64,000 bases of DNA from the NCBI RefSeq assembly GCF_036321535.1, contig NC_087472.1, positions 96,598,001-96,662,000 of the forward strand, read 5' to 3'. Made by a program: the position numbers and the translations under genes. The DNA is from Camelus dromedarius (taxonomy: Eukaryota). The notes beneath the pieces are model-generated. The model was not told the origin of the DNA, searched no databases, and saw only the letters and a list, made by a program, of their open reading frames with translations. This document shows, piece by piece, positions 14,701 through 29,200 of this stretch (the first letter of the stretch is position 1; each line of letters starts with the position of its first letter).

Positions 14701-17700
14701 AGAAATATCAAATCACTATGTTGTGTAACAAGAACTAACATAGCGTTACAGGTTAATTATACTTCAGAAACAAACTCATAAAGAAAAAGAGATCAGGTTT
14801 GTGGTTATAAGAGGCGGGAGTTGGGGAGAGGGGGAACTGAATGAAAGCAGTCAAAAGGTATAAACTTTCAGTTATAAGATGAGTAAATACTAGGGATATA
14901 ATGTACAACACAATAAATATAATTAACATTGTTGTATGTTATACATGAAAGTTGTTAAGAGAGCAAATCCTAAGAGTTCTCATCACAAGGAAAGATTTTT
15001 TTTTTATTTTTTAATTGAAGTATAGTCAGTTTACATGCTTTGTCAATTTCTGATGTACAGCATAATGTTTCAGTCATACATATACATACATATATTCCAT
15101 CTCATATTCTTTTTCATTATAGGTTACTACAAGATATTGAATACAGCTCCCCGTGCTATACAGTATATACTTGTTTTTTCTATTTCTTTAATTTTCTATC
15201 TATATGAAATGATGGATGTTCACTAAACTTATTGAAATAATCACTTAAAGATGTAAGTCAAATCATTCCGCTATACACCTTAAACTTATACAATATTGAT
15301 ATATTAATTATATCTCAATAAAACTGGAAGAAAAAAGTAAGATCATGTCAACTGCAAAAGAGAAAAAAAGAAAGAAAATCAACCAATTTTTAATATGAGC
15401 AACAAACAACCCAAAAATGAAATTAAGAAAACAATTCTATTCATAATAGCATCAAAAATAACTAAATAAGAACAAATTTAACAAAAGAAGTGCAAGACTT
15501 CTATGGTGAAAACTAACAAAATGTTACTGAGAGAAATTAAAGAAAACTTGAATGGGGAGACACTCCAAATTTATGAATTGAAAAAATCAATACTGTTAAG
15601 ATAGCAATTCCCTCCTAACTAGATCTATAAATTTAATGTGATACCTATTAAAATTCCAGCAGGCTTTTTGGAGAAACTGACAAGCTGAAGCTAAAATTTA
15701 TGTGGAAATTCAAAGGACTTAGAATAGTCAAAGCAATTTTGAAAAAAGAACAAAGTTGGAGGATTTATATCACTCGATTTGAAAACTTACTGTAAAGACA
15801 CAGTAATCAAGACAGTGTGTCATACAGATCAATAGAAAAGAATTCAAGAAATCAACTTTTATACCTATGTCAACTGATTTTCAATAAAGGTGCCAAGGCA
15901 ATCCACTGGAAAAAGGATAGTCTTTTCAACAAATGGCTTGGGATAATTAGGTACTCGTATAGAAAAAATGAACTTAGACCTTTACTTCATACCATAAAAA
16001 AATTAACTCATAATAGAGCACAGACTTTAATATATGAGCTAAAACTATAAAATTTCTAAAAGAAAGCATAGGAGAAAAAATATTTCTGAGCCTGAGGTAG
16101 GCAAAGAGTTCTTAGATACAACACCAAAAGTATAATCCATAAAAGAAAAAATTGTACTTCAAAAGATACCACTGATAAAATGAAAAGACAAGCCAGCCAT
16201 AGATATGGAGAAAATATTTGCAAATCAAGTATTTGACAAGGGGCTATTGAGACCATATAAAGAATTCTTAAAGCTCAGTAATAAAACAAACAATCCAGTC
16301 AAAAAATGAGTAAAAGATTTAAATACTCATTTCACCAAAGAAATATGAATGGCTAATAAGCACATGAAAAGATGCTCAACATCATTAGTCATTAGGAAAC
16401 TGCAAATTAAAACCACAATGAGATATCACTACATATCCACTGAAATTGCTACAATAAAATACAGACAATATCAAGTGTTGGTAAAGATGTGGAAAAGCCA
16501 GAACCCTCCATACATTGTTAATGGGAATATAAAATGGTACAGCCACTTTGGAAAACAGTTTAGTAGTTTCTTAAGAAGCAGAACATAGACTTATCACACA
16601 ACCTAACATTCCTTCCTAGGAACGTACTAAAAGAAATGAAAACATATGTCTACACAGACGTGAATGCTAATGTTCATAGCAGATTTATTCTTAACAGCCA
16701 AAAAGTGGAAATAATCCAAATGTCCATCAACTGGTGAATGGATTAACAAAATGTAGTGTTATCTTTATATACTTCTCAGCCATAAAAAGAAACAAACTAT
16801 TAATGCATACTACAACACAGATGAATCTCAAAAACATCCTAAGTGGAAGAAGTCAGATGCCAAAAGACTACATATTGTAGGAGGAGAGAATTTTCTGGGG
16901 TGGTGGAAATATTCTGTATCTTGTTTGGGCTGATGGATACATGGGTGTATAAAATAATCAAAACTTATCAAATTGAGCACTTGAGATTTGTACATTTTAT
17001 TGAATGTAGATTATACCTAAATAAATACAAATTTGTTTGATTCTGCTAAAAAAGTCCTAAGTGGGAAATGCTTGGCTTTCAATGTTTACATAGAAAGAAG
17101 GCTAAAAGAAAATTAGTGAGTTCAGTCCTTAGTAAAAATTAGCACAATGAATCCAAAGAAAGTAGGAGAAAGGAATAATACCCATAAGAAAAGAAATCAA
17201 TGAAATAAAAAGTACAATAGAGACTGGACACAGTCAAAAATTGGTCTTTTGAGAAGGCTAATAAAATTTCTGAAAAAATAGGCCATGAGTCATAACAGCA
17301 GTTGATGAGAAACTTTTGAGACAAAAGATGGTTAGATTAGTGCTTTTGAGAATACAAACCACTAGACTAATGGGTTATACTGTATTTTTAACCCTTTGGA
17401 GAAAGTTGAAGGTGATTTCCAAATCATAAGACACCTAAGACTTAAGAGAATTCAAAAGGGATAAAGATTTTAATTTTGAACTATAATTTGTATGTTGCCA
17501 TCATTAAATGCATTCCTGGTTAACTGAAGCTCCTACTGCAGTATTTTTGACATATTATTTGTAAAGGATTGATTTTTAACTCTTTTGGAATATGTAAAAT
17601 TATGATTTCTGCTAAATCTTTTTATATGTTTGTTGTGCAAAATATATTACTCACTATATATGTTCATATAAGAAATTATATTTGATAGAAAGTATTTATT

Positions 17701-19517
17701 CTAGGAATATAGGTTGTAGTGGATATACCAGCCTGATAGTGATAAACTTTAATGTATAATTTCACTATTATGTAAGTGGCATGAATTCACTAGCTGGTCT
17801 TGGCTTTCCCCTTATAAATTTGTTTGAGAAAATAAACCTGTGATTCTAACAGATTCAGTGCTAATACTAACCAGGAGCTTGCTCCCTTGACACTCCATTT
17901 TCTTTTTGCTGAGGTGAGTAACAACCAACACTGTATTACGAATTCTCAAAGCACTTTAAGTCAGAGATTATTTCCTCTCAGGGATTTTCATGAAATACTT
18001 TTGGGACCAATGTTTTCACCGTTAATTTTAACCAGGGCTGAATCAAAGGTGGCTTATAGTTTTATTTCATGACAGAATAAATGTACCACAAAATGTAATC
18101 ATTCCCTTTTGACTAACATTTAGGTGTCTTACAATTGTTGCTTTACTAAACAATGCTGGAATAAACATTCTTCTACGTAGATGTTTGTGGACAGGAGCAA
18201 ATATTTCATTATGGTACATTCCCAGATAGGGAATTCTGGGTCAAAGGGTGAGATCTTTTAAATCTTGATAGCTGTAATCAAACTGTCCTCTTTAAAGAAT
18301 GGACCAGTTTATACTTCTCACCAACAATATATCCTCACCAACACTGGCTGCTATAAATCTTCTTAATTTTTGCCAATTTTAATGAGTGAAAATGAACCAC
18401 ATTGTTAGTTTTCACATTTCTTATCACTAGATATGCTGAGCACTTTACAAATGTATACTGGGTATTTTCATTTCTTTTACAAACAGCCTATACACATTTG
18501 TGAGATGGATTTTCCCTGTTGTCAAAAAGCTGAAGTCAGACATCTTGTTCAGTAATGGTGCTTTACCTTCCAGAATACAGTATGATTACTCTGCTGCCCA
18601 ACAATTGTAAACAATTCCTTAAATGTATAACAAAAAAATAAAATAAAAATAAAAATTTAAAAATAAAGAAAACAAATGAAAAAAATCCCTTAAATGCCAG
18701 CATTAAGAGGAATATTTGTCTAAGCTCTTCCTGCAAAGTGATACGACCTCTGAGTATAAAAGTACAATGGCCCAGCACAAAACTAATTTTCTCTGATCTG
18801 GCAATACCCGCCCTTATAAGATAGTCACTGGCAGCAGCACAGCCCTTCCCTGTTGTGGAGTCTGAGACACAAAGAAAACTCCATGGAGAGGACACATCTG
18901 CTCCTTCTTGTGGGACTTCACTGACATTAACGCCCATCTTTGCTCAAATCAAATCATTGGCATTCCGTGTGCTCATGAGTCTACATGAGTTCTCTTCCTG
19001 CTAGTTGCTAGCCCACCTGAAGTGATGCAATATATATTGTCCCATTTCTACTTTATTTTTTTAATCTTACCGATTTATACCAGGAATATTAATCTTGCAC
19101 ATTTCATGTAAGTTTTAAGTATTTTCTCTCAATCTGTCATCTTTTAAATCTGTATTACCTTTGCCTGTAAATTTTGAACTTTTTGTGTGTCAGATCTGTC
19201 AACGTTTCCTTTATGGCTTTTGGGTTTCTCTTTTCTTCCTCATGCAAATTATTAAAATAATCTCAGTTTTCTTTGTTCATAATTTTGCTTCAATAAAATA
19301 AAATCTTAAGTAAGATTTTAAGTGAAAGATCTTTTATCTCCAAATGGCTAGCAATTTGGACTAAAAAATAGTCTGTCCTTTTCCTCACTGACATAAATGC
19401 TGCCTACAGCATGTATTATTAAAATTTTATGTTTGTCAAGTTTGTTCCAATGATTGACCTATTTCTGCATCAGCACCACACTTATATTGCGGCTTTATAT
19501 GTTCTAAAACCTATGTC

Positions 19518-19670
19518 GAGGGGAGGGTATAGCTCAGTGGTAGAGTGCATGCTTAACGTGCATGAGGTCCTGGGTTCAATCCCCAGTACCTCCATTAAAA
19601 TAAATAAACAAACCTAATTACCTCCCACAAAATGAAAAAATTACTAAAAAATAAAAAAAAATTTAAAACA
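19518..19670 (+). mobile_element. tRNA-derived SINE (Vic-1-like)
   Basis: A box, B box GGTTCAATCC, tail AAACCTAATTACCTCCC + A-rich end. Confidence 0.85.
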
Positions 19671-20811
19671 AAACATGTGTCAACTCTCCCATCACAATTC
19701 TTCCTCAAAATATTCTTGTGAATCACTCTTCCAAGTCTTTAATACCAGCTGGACAAGTTCTTCAAAAAGTCTTACTGCAATTTTTATTCAGATTGCACTG
19801 AATTTATAGGGAACAAAGGACAGTCATCTGTGCAATACTGAGTATTTTCATCCAAGAATACTGCTTACTTTCTCAGCAGTTACATCTTTTTGTCCTTTAG
19901 CAAATGTTAGTTTTATTGATATATATCTTGCATAATCTTATTAAATGTATACCTGGATAGTTTATCCTCATTGCACTTTCTGGTGTGTGTGTGTAAACTA
20001 ATTAGTAAAATTATTTGGTAAAATAATCAGTTTCGGGGTTGTATTTAGTTTCGGCATTGTATTTTCTAGGTAGACAATCTTATACCTTGTAAGTAACATT
20101 CTGTTGCTTCCATTCCCAATATTTCTATCTCATTTGCTAAGCCTCAGAGAACAATGCTGTAGAATTCAAGTGGCAGCTGATATTCTTGATTTGTTCCATA
20201 CCTTAATGAGAACAGAGAAACCAAACAGTATGAATTCTGGTGCAATGCAATTGATGACTACTTCACAACCCTCTGAATTTCATCCTTATTAACCTCACAA
20301 CCCTACATTTTACACAACTGGAACTTTTTACTGCACCTACAGCACTATTGAAGGATGTTACTGTGCTCCAATGTTTCATTAAAATCAATGATTCTGATAC
20401 TTCTCTGCTAAGTACTTTACATCAAGTTAATAGTTTCCTTCTCTACAATACCTATGTTTTAAAAATACTTTGAATTGTATCAAATACATCTTCAAGGTAT
20501 ATCTTTTTCTTTTCACTTATAAGACATCCCTGCATATACAGTAATGCATTACTTTTAATATATAGTCAGACTTAATTTACTAATATTTTAGTATAGATAT
20601 TATAACTTTAACTGTGAGAATTGTCTCTAGTGGTTTGTTTTTGTCTTGTTTTTGGCAGTTCTCCAGGTTTGGGCAACAAGGATATAATTTTGAACGATGA
20701 ACTATGATGTCTCCTATATTCTGGAAAATTTTAAGTAACAGGAATTACTATTCTTCCAAATTTGGAAGAATGTGTATTGTGAGTTTTGTGGAAACTTCTG
20801 CAGAGGTTAAT

Positions 20812-20872
20812 TTTTATTTTATTGTTTTATTTATTTAATGGAGGTGCTGGGGAATTGAACCCAGGACCTCGA
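20812..20872 (-). mobile_element. 5'-truncated tRNA-derived SINE
   Basis: B-box half only, flanked by GCAGAGGT(T)AATTTTT direct repeats. Confidence 0.75.
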
Positions 20873-22074
20873 GCAGAGGTAATTTTTAAATAGCCTTTTC
20901 AGTTTCTTGATTATCAATATTATAAGGATATCTGCTTCGTCTCTGGTAATTTAAACATTTTCACTGTATTTCTAGAAAAGAACCCATTTCACTGGGAGCT
21001 TTACTATATTAAGTTTTTCTAGGAATGGAATTTCAGAAGTTTAATGCAAGTGCAGCTATTTGCACTCTTACTAGTCCTTTTTCCTCTGCAAAAACCAAAG
21101 ACACACACCATCTTTGGAGATTACATACAAAGAGTGAAATAGTGAAGAGAGCTGTCTAGATCAGCCTGGAAGTCACCTGGATGTCGTCACATGCCCTCCA
21201 TTTCCGTGAGACTAACTTTACAACTTATTAGAGTTGTACATAGCATTCGTTTCCAAAAAGTGTAACTGGTTGTATGGAAAACAGACTGCAGTGGGGCAAC
21301 CGTGGAAGAGAGGAGGTACAGGGCCATTCTAGGTGAGAGGCAGCTTCAACTAGGGCAGTAGCAGTGGAGATGGTGAGAACTGGTCCAGTTCTGAAAATCT
21401 CTTAACAGGAGAGCCAAGAGGATTTACATATACAATGTACTTTCATCAGTAACATCACATTACAGGCAGATTCTCAACCAGGTACATCTTTTGCTGAGAA
21501 TCACTATACTGACCTCAAGTTCTATGAAAATCAGGCTCACTGTTTTCATATTTGTGTATTCCCATGTACACTAAGCACAGTGCTTTGCAAATTTGTCAAA
21601 ATTCATGCGGATGTCTGAAATAGAAAACAGACTTCTGGTTTCAGTTCTGACATGAGATTAACTAAAATAAATAAGTCAACTATTGCAAAGTTTTGAGTCT
21701 TATGTTACTCCAGAATTTTTGGTACAAAACACATGGGGACATGTTAGATATAAAAATTAATGTTTGGATTAGAACCTTGCTTCATTCAAGTGTGTTCCTC
21801 ATGCTATAACACAACCCTTCAAAATCAAGCAAGTAAGTAACATTAACATGCTTCCTCAAAACTTATAAACTTAAGTAACAACTCAGAGCCGCTCCTACTA
21901 AACTTCTACAAGGCAGCAGGTTCAATGCCCCAAAGAGCACAGTATTACAACTGTGGCATCAAGTCCCACATTAAATGCAAATTTAAGAAGAGCAAACCAG
22001 AGGGTATTATTGGACTACCAAAACTCAGTAAGATTCTGTGTTATTTGATACACCTACTTCTCAACTCTAAATTT

Positions 22075-22222
22075 GCTTCTCAACACAGAAGAGTTTTTTT
22101 TTTTTTAATTATGCCTGAGCTCCACTCAAAACCAATGAAATCAAAATCTCTGTGGAGCATCTATCTTTTTTTAAGATTCTCCAACAATTCTAATGTCAGT
22201 CAGAGTTATGAACCATTGCTTT
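22075..22222. mobile_element. MER5-like hAT-Charlie relic
   Basis: CTTCTCAAC...AATCAAAATCTCTG...ATTCTAATG...TATGAACCATTG pattern. Confidence 0.55.
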
Positions 22223-22651
22223 AACAGAATCTTATGAAATAAAAAAAAAAAACTTAAAAGCATGGCACGCAGGAACATGGAGAATAAGTTAAAAACCAAA
22301 GGGCTCACCCTTTGCTTTCTAACATCTTTTACCCTTTGAAAGTTCCAAAGATTACTAACATTAGAATCTACATCATAACTGTGTCAATTAAGCAGTTAAA
22401 AAAAAAAAAACACAAAACAAGGCCTGGAAAGATCTCTGTTACTTATCTAAAATCATCTGGTGTTAACAGTATTTTCCAATGGGGGAAAACTGTCAGGTTT
22501 CAGGCGTAAAGCAATGCAGAAACAATCACAGGGCATCACAGGGAGAGGGCGACAACTTCAGGCTCTAGTTTCCTGTGTCCAGGCCAGGAAAAGAGGAAGG
22601 GGAGAGAGAGGTGTGTCAATGGGAACGAGCACTCGTGCCCTGAAGGATAAT

Positions 22652-23172
22652 TTTATTTGAACTTATTAATTTCTTTTTCACTCAAAATTGCAAAGACAAA
22701 GCAGCATAAAATATGGGGCAAAGGAAATTGGTCTTTCAGAATCTGTCTTCAAGATTTTACTGATATAATAATCCTTCAGCCCTAGAGCTACTCAAAGATG
22801 AATTATGAAAATGATGAAGAAAAACTTTATTTCAAACAGGTTCAGTGGTATGTGTACTACAGCAAAGGTGGGCTGTAGCAAACAGTTTCATTTTAAACCT
22901 GCACTGATATATAAATTAGACATTATTTGGGAGTGATTAATTTCTGGTAAAATGTAGACTCAATCCAACATTATGCCAATTTTTACATTTATTGTAGACC
23001 CCATTTATTTTAGTACTAGAGGTTAAATTTTCATCACCGAAAAATGAGAATAACCTTACAGCTACTACTAAGGTAATAAGCTGTGAAATTAACTCCTCAC
23101 TATTGCTTTGAAAATATACCCCTAGGTTGTTAAGAGAAATTCCAACTTCATCCAAATGTATTATTTAATTCT
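22652..23172 (-). terminator. EIF2S3: EIF2S3 3' UTR with several AATAAA polyadenylation hexamers
   Basis: TTTATT on + strand at 23004-23009, 22988-22993, 22826-22831 and 22652-22657; true cleavage sites unknown. Confidence 0.6.
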
Positions 23173-23236
23173 TCAGTCATCATCTACTGTTGGCTTGATT
23201 GTCACTCCTCTTCTTATTTGACCCCAACCAATCAAA
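23173..23236 (-). CDS. EIF2S3: EIF2S3 exon 12 coding part ([20 protein letters not shown])
   Basis: CAG acceptor; TGA stop at 23175-23173. Confidence 0.97.
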
Positions 23237-26200
23237 CTGCAAAATGAAAATAAAAGAAATCATGAATTTTACATCCATTTCATTATCATTACCACATAAT
23301 CATATGATATAACTAGTTTTACTTGCCTATCTGCTAAATCTGAGTATTTTCAAAACCCACTCCTCCAAAAAGAAAGCTCACACTATCTTCTTACATGCAG
23401 AGATGGGCTCTAGCTCGAATGAATGACAGGAAACGCAAACAAAAAGTTGCTACTATAAATATGTTCGTCTTCACTCTATGAAAATATACCTATCTGTTCA
23501 GAACCACCAATGAAGAACCTTTCAGTCTGCCTAAGAAACCATGCTGATACACAAACCATCTTAATCTGATTTTTTAAAAATTTCATTCTCTTTTTCTCCT
23601 TGAAAGATAAAAAATTTTTAACCATTCAGAGCACCTCAACAAATCACAATGGACTTATCATGACCTTAGCTGGTAAAGGAAATTAAGAGAAGCATTAGAG
23701 GACTAGGTAGTCTATAAACAGATTACTCTCAACAGCAGACTTCTGCTCCCTCTTTCCAAGTCTACTCTGATCAATGACCAGGCTTTTTGAGGTCATTTAA
23801 CCAGCTGAGGATTGTTCACCATTTTCTAATCACTATAGTCAAGCTCAATTCACACAAAAATCATCAGTGGATGCCAAATCCGGGAGGTGGGATTTGATGA
23901 GGAGCAGGCTATTTGCAGAGGCTCCCCGCAAGAGTGCTTATTAGTTTCAAGGGTAAAAAGATTAACTGTATCATGGAGAAACTGGCTACCACCTTGACTG
24001 CATGGTCAAAATTAACCTCAGTAAGGAGAAGCAGTCAGATATGTCTCTGGATGTGATTCCCTGAGGACACATCACCACCTACATGAAAAAGTATTCTAGC
24101 CAAGAAAACATGGCCTGAATCTAAACTTAGGAAATATCAGATAAACCCAAACTGAGGAACAGTCTAGAAAGTAACTAGCTTCTATTCTTCAAAACTGTCA
24201 ATGACAAGAAACAAAGAAAGGATGAAGAAGTTCCAGATTAGAGATCAAAGAGATGTGAAAACTAAATGCAATGCATGATCCTAGATAGGAGGGACATTAT
24301 TGGGACAAGTGATAAAATTGGAACATGGACTGTAGATTTCTGTATTTTATCACTGTTAAACTTCTTGAAGTGGTTCTGTAAGAGAATATTCTTGTTTTTA
24401 GGAAATATACACTTAACTATTAACAGAGCAAGGGGCAACCTGCTTCTCAAATGGTGAGAAAAAAGTACACAAACTGTCACATATAAGAATAAATTGTGTA
24501 TCTAAGAAAAGGGAATGCAGTAGTTTTATGTGCAATTCTGGCAACTTTCCTGTTAAGTCTGAAATTATTTCCAAATAATATGTTTTAAAAAAGCCAAAGA
24601 CAAGGGAAATACTGAACCTAAATTCACTGGTTTTTACACAGGCTGTGCCTATCACAAATCAGGGCTAGAAATGCAGATTTCAAAGTCATCCAAACGAACA
24701 GGTGAGAGTTAAAGGCAAAGTAACTGTGGTGTTCAAGGTAAAGTGTGTGTGTGTGCATATATACCACCAAAAACTTAAGAAAACTGATTGTGTGGGGGTT
24801 TTGTTTTTTGGGGTTTTTTTTGTTTTTACAGTAACAAAAGGCTAATAAACTTACCGCCAGTGTTTCTCAACTCTTCGGCTAAGGGCAATTTTTTCTCCTA
24901 CTTCTGTGCACACAGGATTAGTCAAAACAATTTTGCCCAAATCAGCCTTGACAGCACTAACTCTTCCTCCTGTTGACAGGGATCCTATGTTCACCATAAG
25001 CACTTCATTCTTAGACAGCTTTTGCACCTAGGGAAATAAATTTGGGAAAAATAAAGCCCCAAATCAAGAAAATGCTCTCCAAAAATGACCGCTTATTTTC
25101 CTACAACCTTGCCAACAACGGATGTCAGCAATTTTCCATCTCTGCCCACCTAATCTCACTAAGACTTTAAAAAAAAATCAGATGGATAATAGGAATTATC
25201 AGGGCACTGTCATATGTGACATACTGTTTCCTGTTTTGTTTTACTCTAAACTGACTGCAACATAGAAGTTTTCAATTTTCAGGAAGTCAAATTTATCCAC
25301 CTTTTCTTTTTTCTTAATTCCTGAAAAGAATGAACCTCAAAACTGGTCTTAACATCACTGTCACTTTTTTTTAAGAACAGGAATTACAGAAAGCACTTAC
25401 CTTTGCTGCTTTCTTGTCTCCTTCAGTGCGCACACCTAGAAGCCGTCTAAGCAGGAAATAGGAAATTTCCAATTCTGTGAAGATCTCAGGTAAAGCTCCA
25501 ACCGCACCAAGTACCTGCCCCACCATTCTGTCAGCCCGGCACAAAGTGGGGTCAATTTTTGTTCCAACTCCTGATATAAAATAAGATATATACAGTCTTA
25601 ACTTTTTACGTCCCATAAAGCTATTTACCAAAAAAAAAAAAAAAAAAAAAAAGTCAAACAAGTACAGCATACACATATACAATTTAATATATTTTCGTAC
25701 TCATGTAATAGCTACATAGATGTGACCAAAATACCTTTATCTGAAGAAACAGAATTATAAACTGACAGGTTAGTTAGGCATTTAAGAACAGAAAGATTCT
25801 CTAGATTTAAATTCTAAACAAAGGACAGAGATAACAGTCTAACTCAAAAAATGAGTCTGAATATCCTTAATGAAGGCTGAAGAGATACAAAATTCATGAG
25901 TAGTGTGCAGAATATTTGCCTGCCATTTCTCCCCTGGAAGGCTGATCAAACAGATGGCTAAAAGACTTTATTGATTCCTAGGATCCACTTCAAAGTATTT
26001 CAGCTGTATGTCTTTCAAGGAGAAGATAGAAGATATAAAGGTGAGGCAAGAATGGTAGAGTACTGATAACTGTTAAAACTGGGTGGTGGCTACATGACCA
26101 CACACTACACTACATTACACCAGTCTCTCTACTTTGATGTTTGAAAAGTTCCGTAAGTTAAGTGTTTAAAAAGTTTCCAAGGAGGAGGGCATAGCTCAGT

Positions 26201-29200
26201 ACGCACAAGGTCATGGATGGGTTCAATCCCTAGTACCTCTATTAAAAAAATGAATAAATATCCCCCCCCCAAAACCAAAACATAAAGTTTCTAGAGGTTC
26301 CTTGTTTACAAAAAAAAAAAAAAAGGATAAAATTATATACAGTAAACTCTTACAGGATACAACAGAAAAATTATACCAGAGAACACCAGAGAACAAAAAG
26401 ACAAACTCCTTCTTCACCAAACATTTACTTCTTTAATCCAAAGTTACAGCACCTCTGACTAATAGTCACTGTATCTTGCCTTTTTCTGGGTATCTGGTAA
26501 TACACTAAATTGTATGAGACCAGAAAATCTATAAATTATCTCAGTAGTTCCTATATAATAGAAATTATCTTCTTTTATTCCCACCTCAGTGTAACTATGG
26601 TCTGACATGATTCAAATGGCATTTGTGGGTAACTTTCCACTTGTAAAACACACCTAAAAAACCACCACTCGCTACCCCAAAAACCATGTAGGTAAAAAAA
26701 AAAAAGAAAAAAGAAAAAAAAGAAAGTATAGTTAGGTATTTTAAGTGTTAGGTCATGAAACTTACTGTTACTGCTAGCCAGGGGCTACTTTATATAATTA
26801 AACCAAAATGTATTCTTCTTTAGGCTTAAAAATAATTTTTATAAACACATGAAACCATCTTATGCCCTAAAATCAACAGCTTAACCACATGTATGTCCCC
26901 CTACCTTGTTCAATTATTAAACCCAATTAAAAACCTATAATAAATTCTTATGGGCAATCCATTTCCTATGCAAATACCATAAATATCCACAGATTAAACC
27001 CATAGAAATGAGAGGAAAATCCTTACCAATAAGCCCTCCTGGAGCAGCATACTGAAGATCATTATGCTCTGCGAAAAGCGACACAATTTTGGAAAAGATT
27101 GGTTTACACATGAGTTTTCCTTCACTATCTTTGGAAACAATACCAGGTCTGACCTCTATCTCCTGGCCCACCTATAAAAATATAAATAATTAATTAGAAT
27201 CATTGTTGGACAACACAATTTTCATTACATATAAAAAGTTCTAATAGGAAGACCATAAAACTGAAAAGGCAGCTCTTTCCCTATTTCTAAGATGACTATT
27301 TAAAAAACAAGATATGGAAGAGAGCTTCAAAACCAGAACCATCCAACTGTTTCTAACTACCTATCACCATATAAAATGTGCTCCGTATTCACAGGAGCCT
27401 ATACTCATAGAAGCCTATAAAGTTAGAGGTCAAACACATTCAAAAGACATCATAGTAAACAAAGAAATCTCTATCAAGTACTAGACACCATGAAAAAAAA
27501 ATTATTTTCCAATTTGGAGTGTCCATACTATTTTCCTGATTAAGACAAGGGAAAACAAAAACAAAACCACAACAACCAAAATCCAGTTTACCTTTAATAC
27601 TCCTTTTAGAATACTACCACCAGCCACGCCCCCCTTAAGGTCATCAACTTCACAGCCAGGCTTGTTGACATCAAAAGACCTAATGACTGAAAGAAAACAA
27701 AACAAATTAAAGTCAATTCTATTCACTTTAGTTTCAGAAAAAATATGATTTTGTAAGTTAACTTTTCTTAAATAGTAGACACATAAGATTTATATCACAG
27801 GGGTGACTTTGTGACAAAATCTCATAGTACTATTCCAACTAAATTTACTGCAGCCTTAATTATAATGGAAAAAGTGGAAATCACTTAAAAGTTCATTGAT
27901 AGGAAGCATATTATGGTACATCCATGGTAAGGAGTATCATGCCCCTGTTAAAATAGAATTTTAGAGCCATATGTAATGAATAACATAGAAGGATAACTCA
28001 CATACTGCTAAAAGAAAAAACTAATTATGCATAGTATGATTTCACTTCCACAAACAAAAATTAAAACAAGAAACGTACATGTTCATGATGACATGAGCAA
28101 AGAGAAAGGTGCAGGAATAACAGACACCAATTGTTAACTCTGGTTACTTCAGGGCTACGGGGTGAGGAAGACTGGACTTTTTCCTTTGTGTACCTCTATG
28201 TTATATGACTTCTGCAACAAAAATTTAGTTTTAAAACTTCAAAAAACTCTAGGACAATGTGACCTGCACTGAGGTTCTGAGAGCAGTGACCCTTAACAAG
28301 GGGTATGTATCACCAATCACCTAAGAGAACACTTCCCACGACACACAGTGGGTCCTGGGTGAAGACTCAGAGGGGCTCAAATGTCTGTTTTGAAAAGGCT
28401 CCTACATCTATGTAGAAATCATGAGCTTAGATGATCAAATTATACCAGTATTGGTACTAGGAACTAAAACAAGCGAAAGGGATGAAAATCTTCATTAATG
28501 GTACAATGAAATCACTTGTATGGAAGTTCTAATATACTGTTCCTAAGACATAATTCCATAGAATTTTTTTTCTTCTGTCAAGTCCAGAATATTCTTTTTT
28601 TTTTTTTTTAATTGGAGTATAGTCAGTTTACAGTGCTGTATCAATTTCTGGTGTACAGCATACTATTTCAGTCATACATATACATACATATATTTGTTTT
28701 CAGATTCTTTCTCACTATAGGTTACTACAAGATATTGACTATAGCTCCCTGTGCTATGCAGAAGAAACTTGCTGTTTATCTATAGTTGTATTTCTCCTTC
28801 TTGATCACATAACATACCATATACCAAGCACAAAAAGGTCAAAAGTTCCTTCTGTACTCAGGACTCTGCCTCTTATCCAGTAATGCAATCTAGCATTGCC
28901 AAAATAATCTAAGAATTAATTGATTTCAAAAAAATCTTATGAAGATTATAATTTCTCACCTCTGCAGAAAGAGGAAATATTAATAAACATCCTTAAAGGG
29001 GAATTACCAATGTGGAAAAAGGTCAGACCAATCCTATCACTTACCAATAAGTCGGGGTTCTGAAGTAAAGTCTCTTGGGGGTACTGGAATTTTCTTTACT
29101 ATGTACTCACAGACAACTTCAATATTGTATTTTAGCTGAGCAGAAATTGGAATAATAGGAGCTCCTTCTGCTACGGTACCTATACGACAAAATTCAGAAA

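Larger units (their letters stand above)
994..17300. mobile_element. Dense cluster of nested LINE-1 fragments of mixed ages, mostly + strand
   Basis: Repeated L1 ORF2 C-terminal peptides (e.g. [48 protein letters not shown]) and L1 3' UTR/poly(A) ends. Confidence 0.92.

Noticed and set aside
18563..18937. 124-aa - strand ORF downstream of EIF2S3 as an extra exon or gene
   Set aside because: No recognisable homology, a Phe-rich low-complexity tail from an A-rich tract, and no convincing acceptor
19518..19595. tRNA-Ala genes (this and similar copies)
   Set aside because: Shared non-tRNA tail, A-rich ends, TSDs and degenerate stems identify them as SINEs
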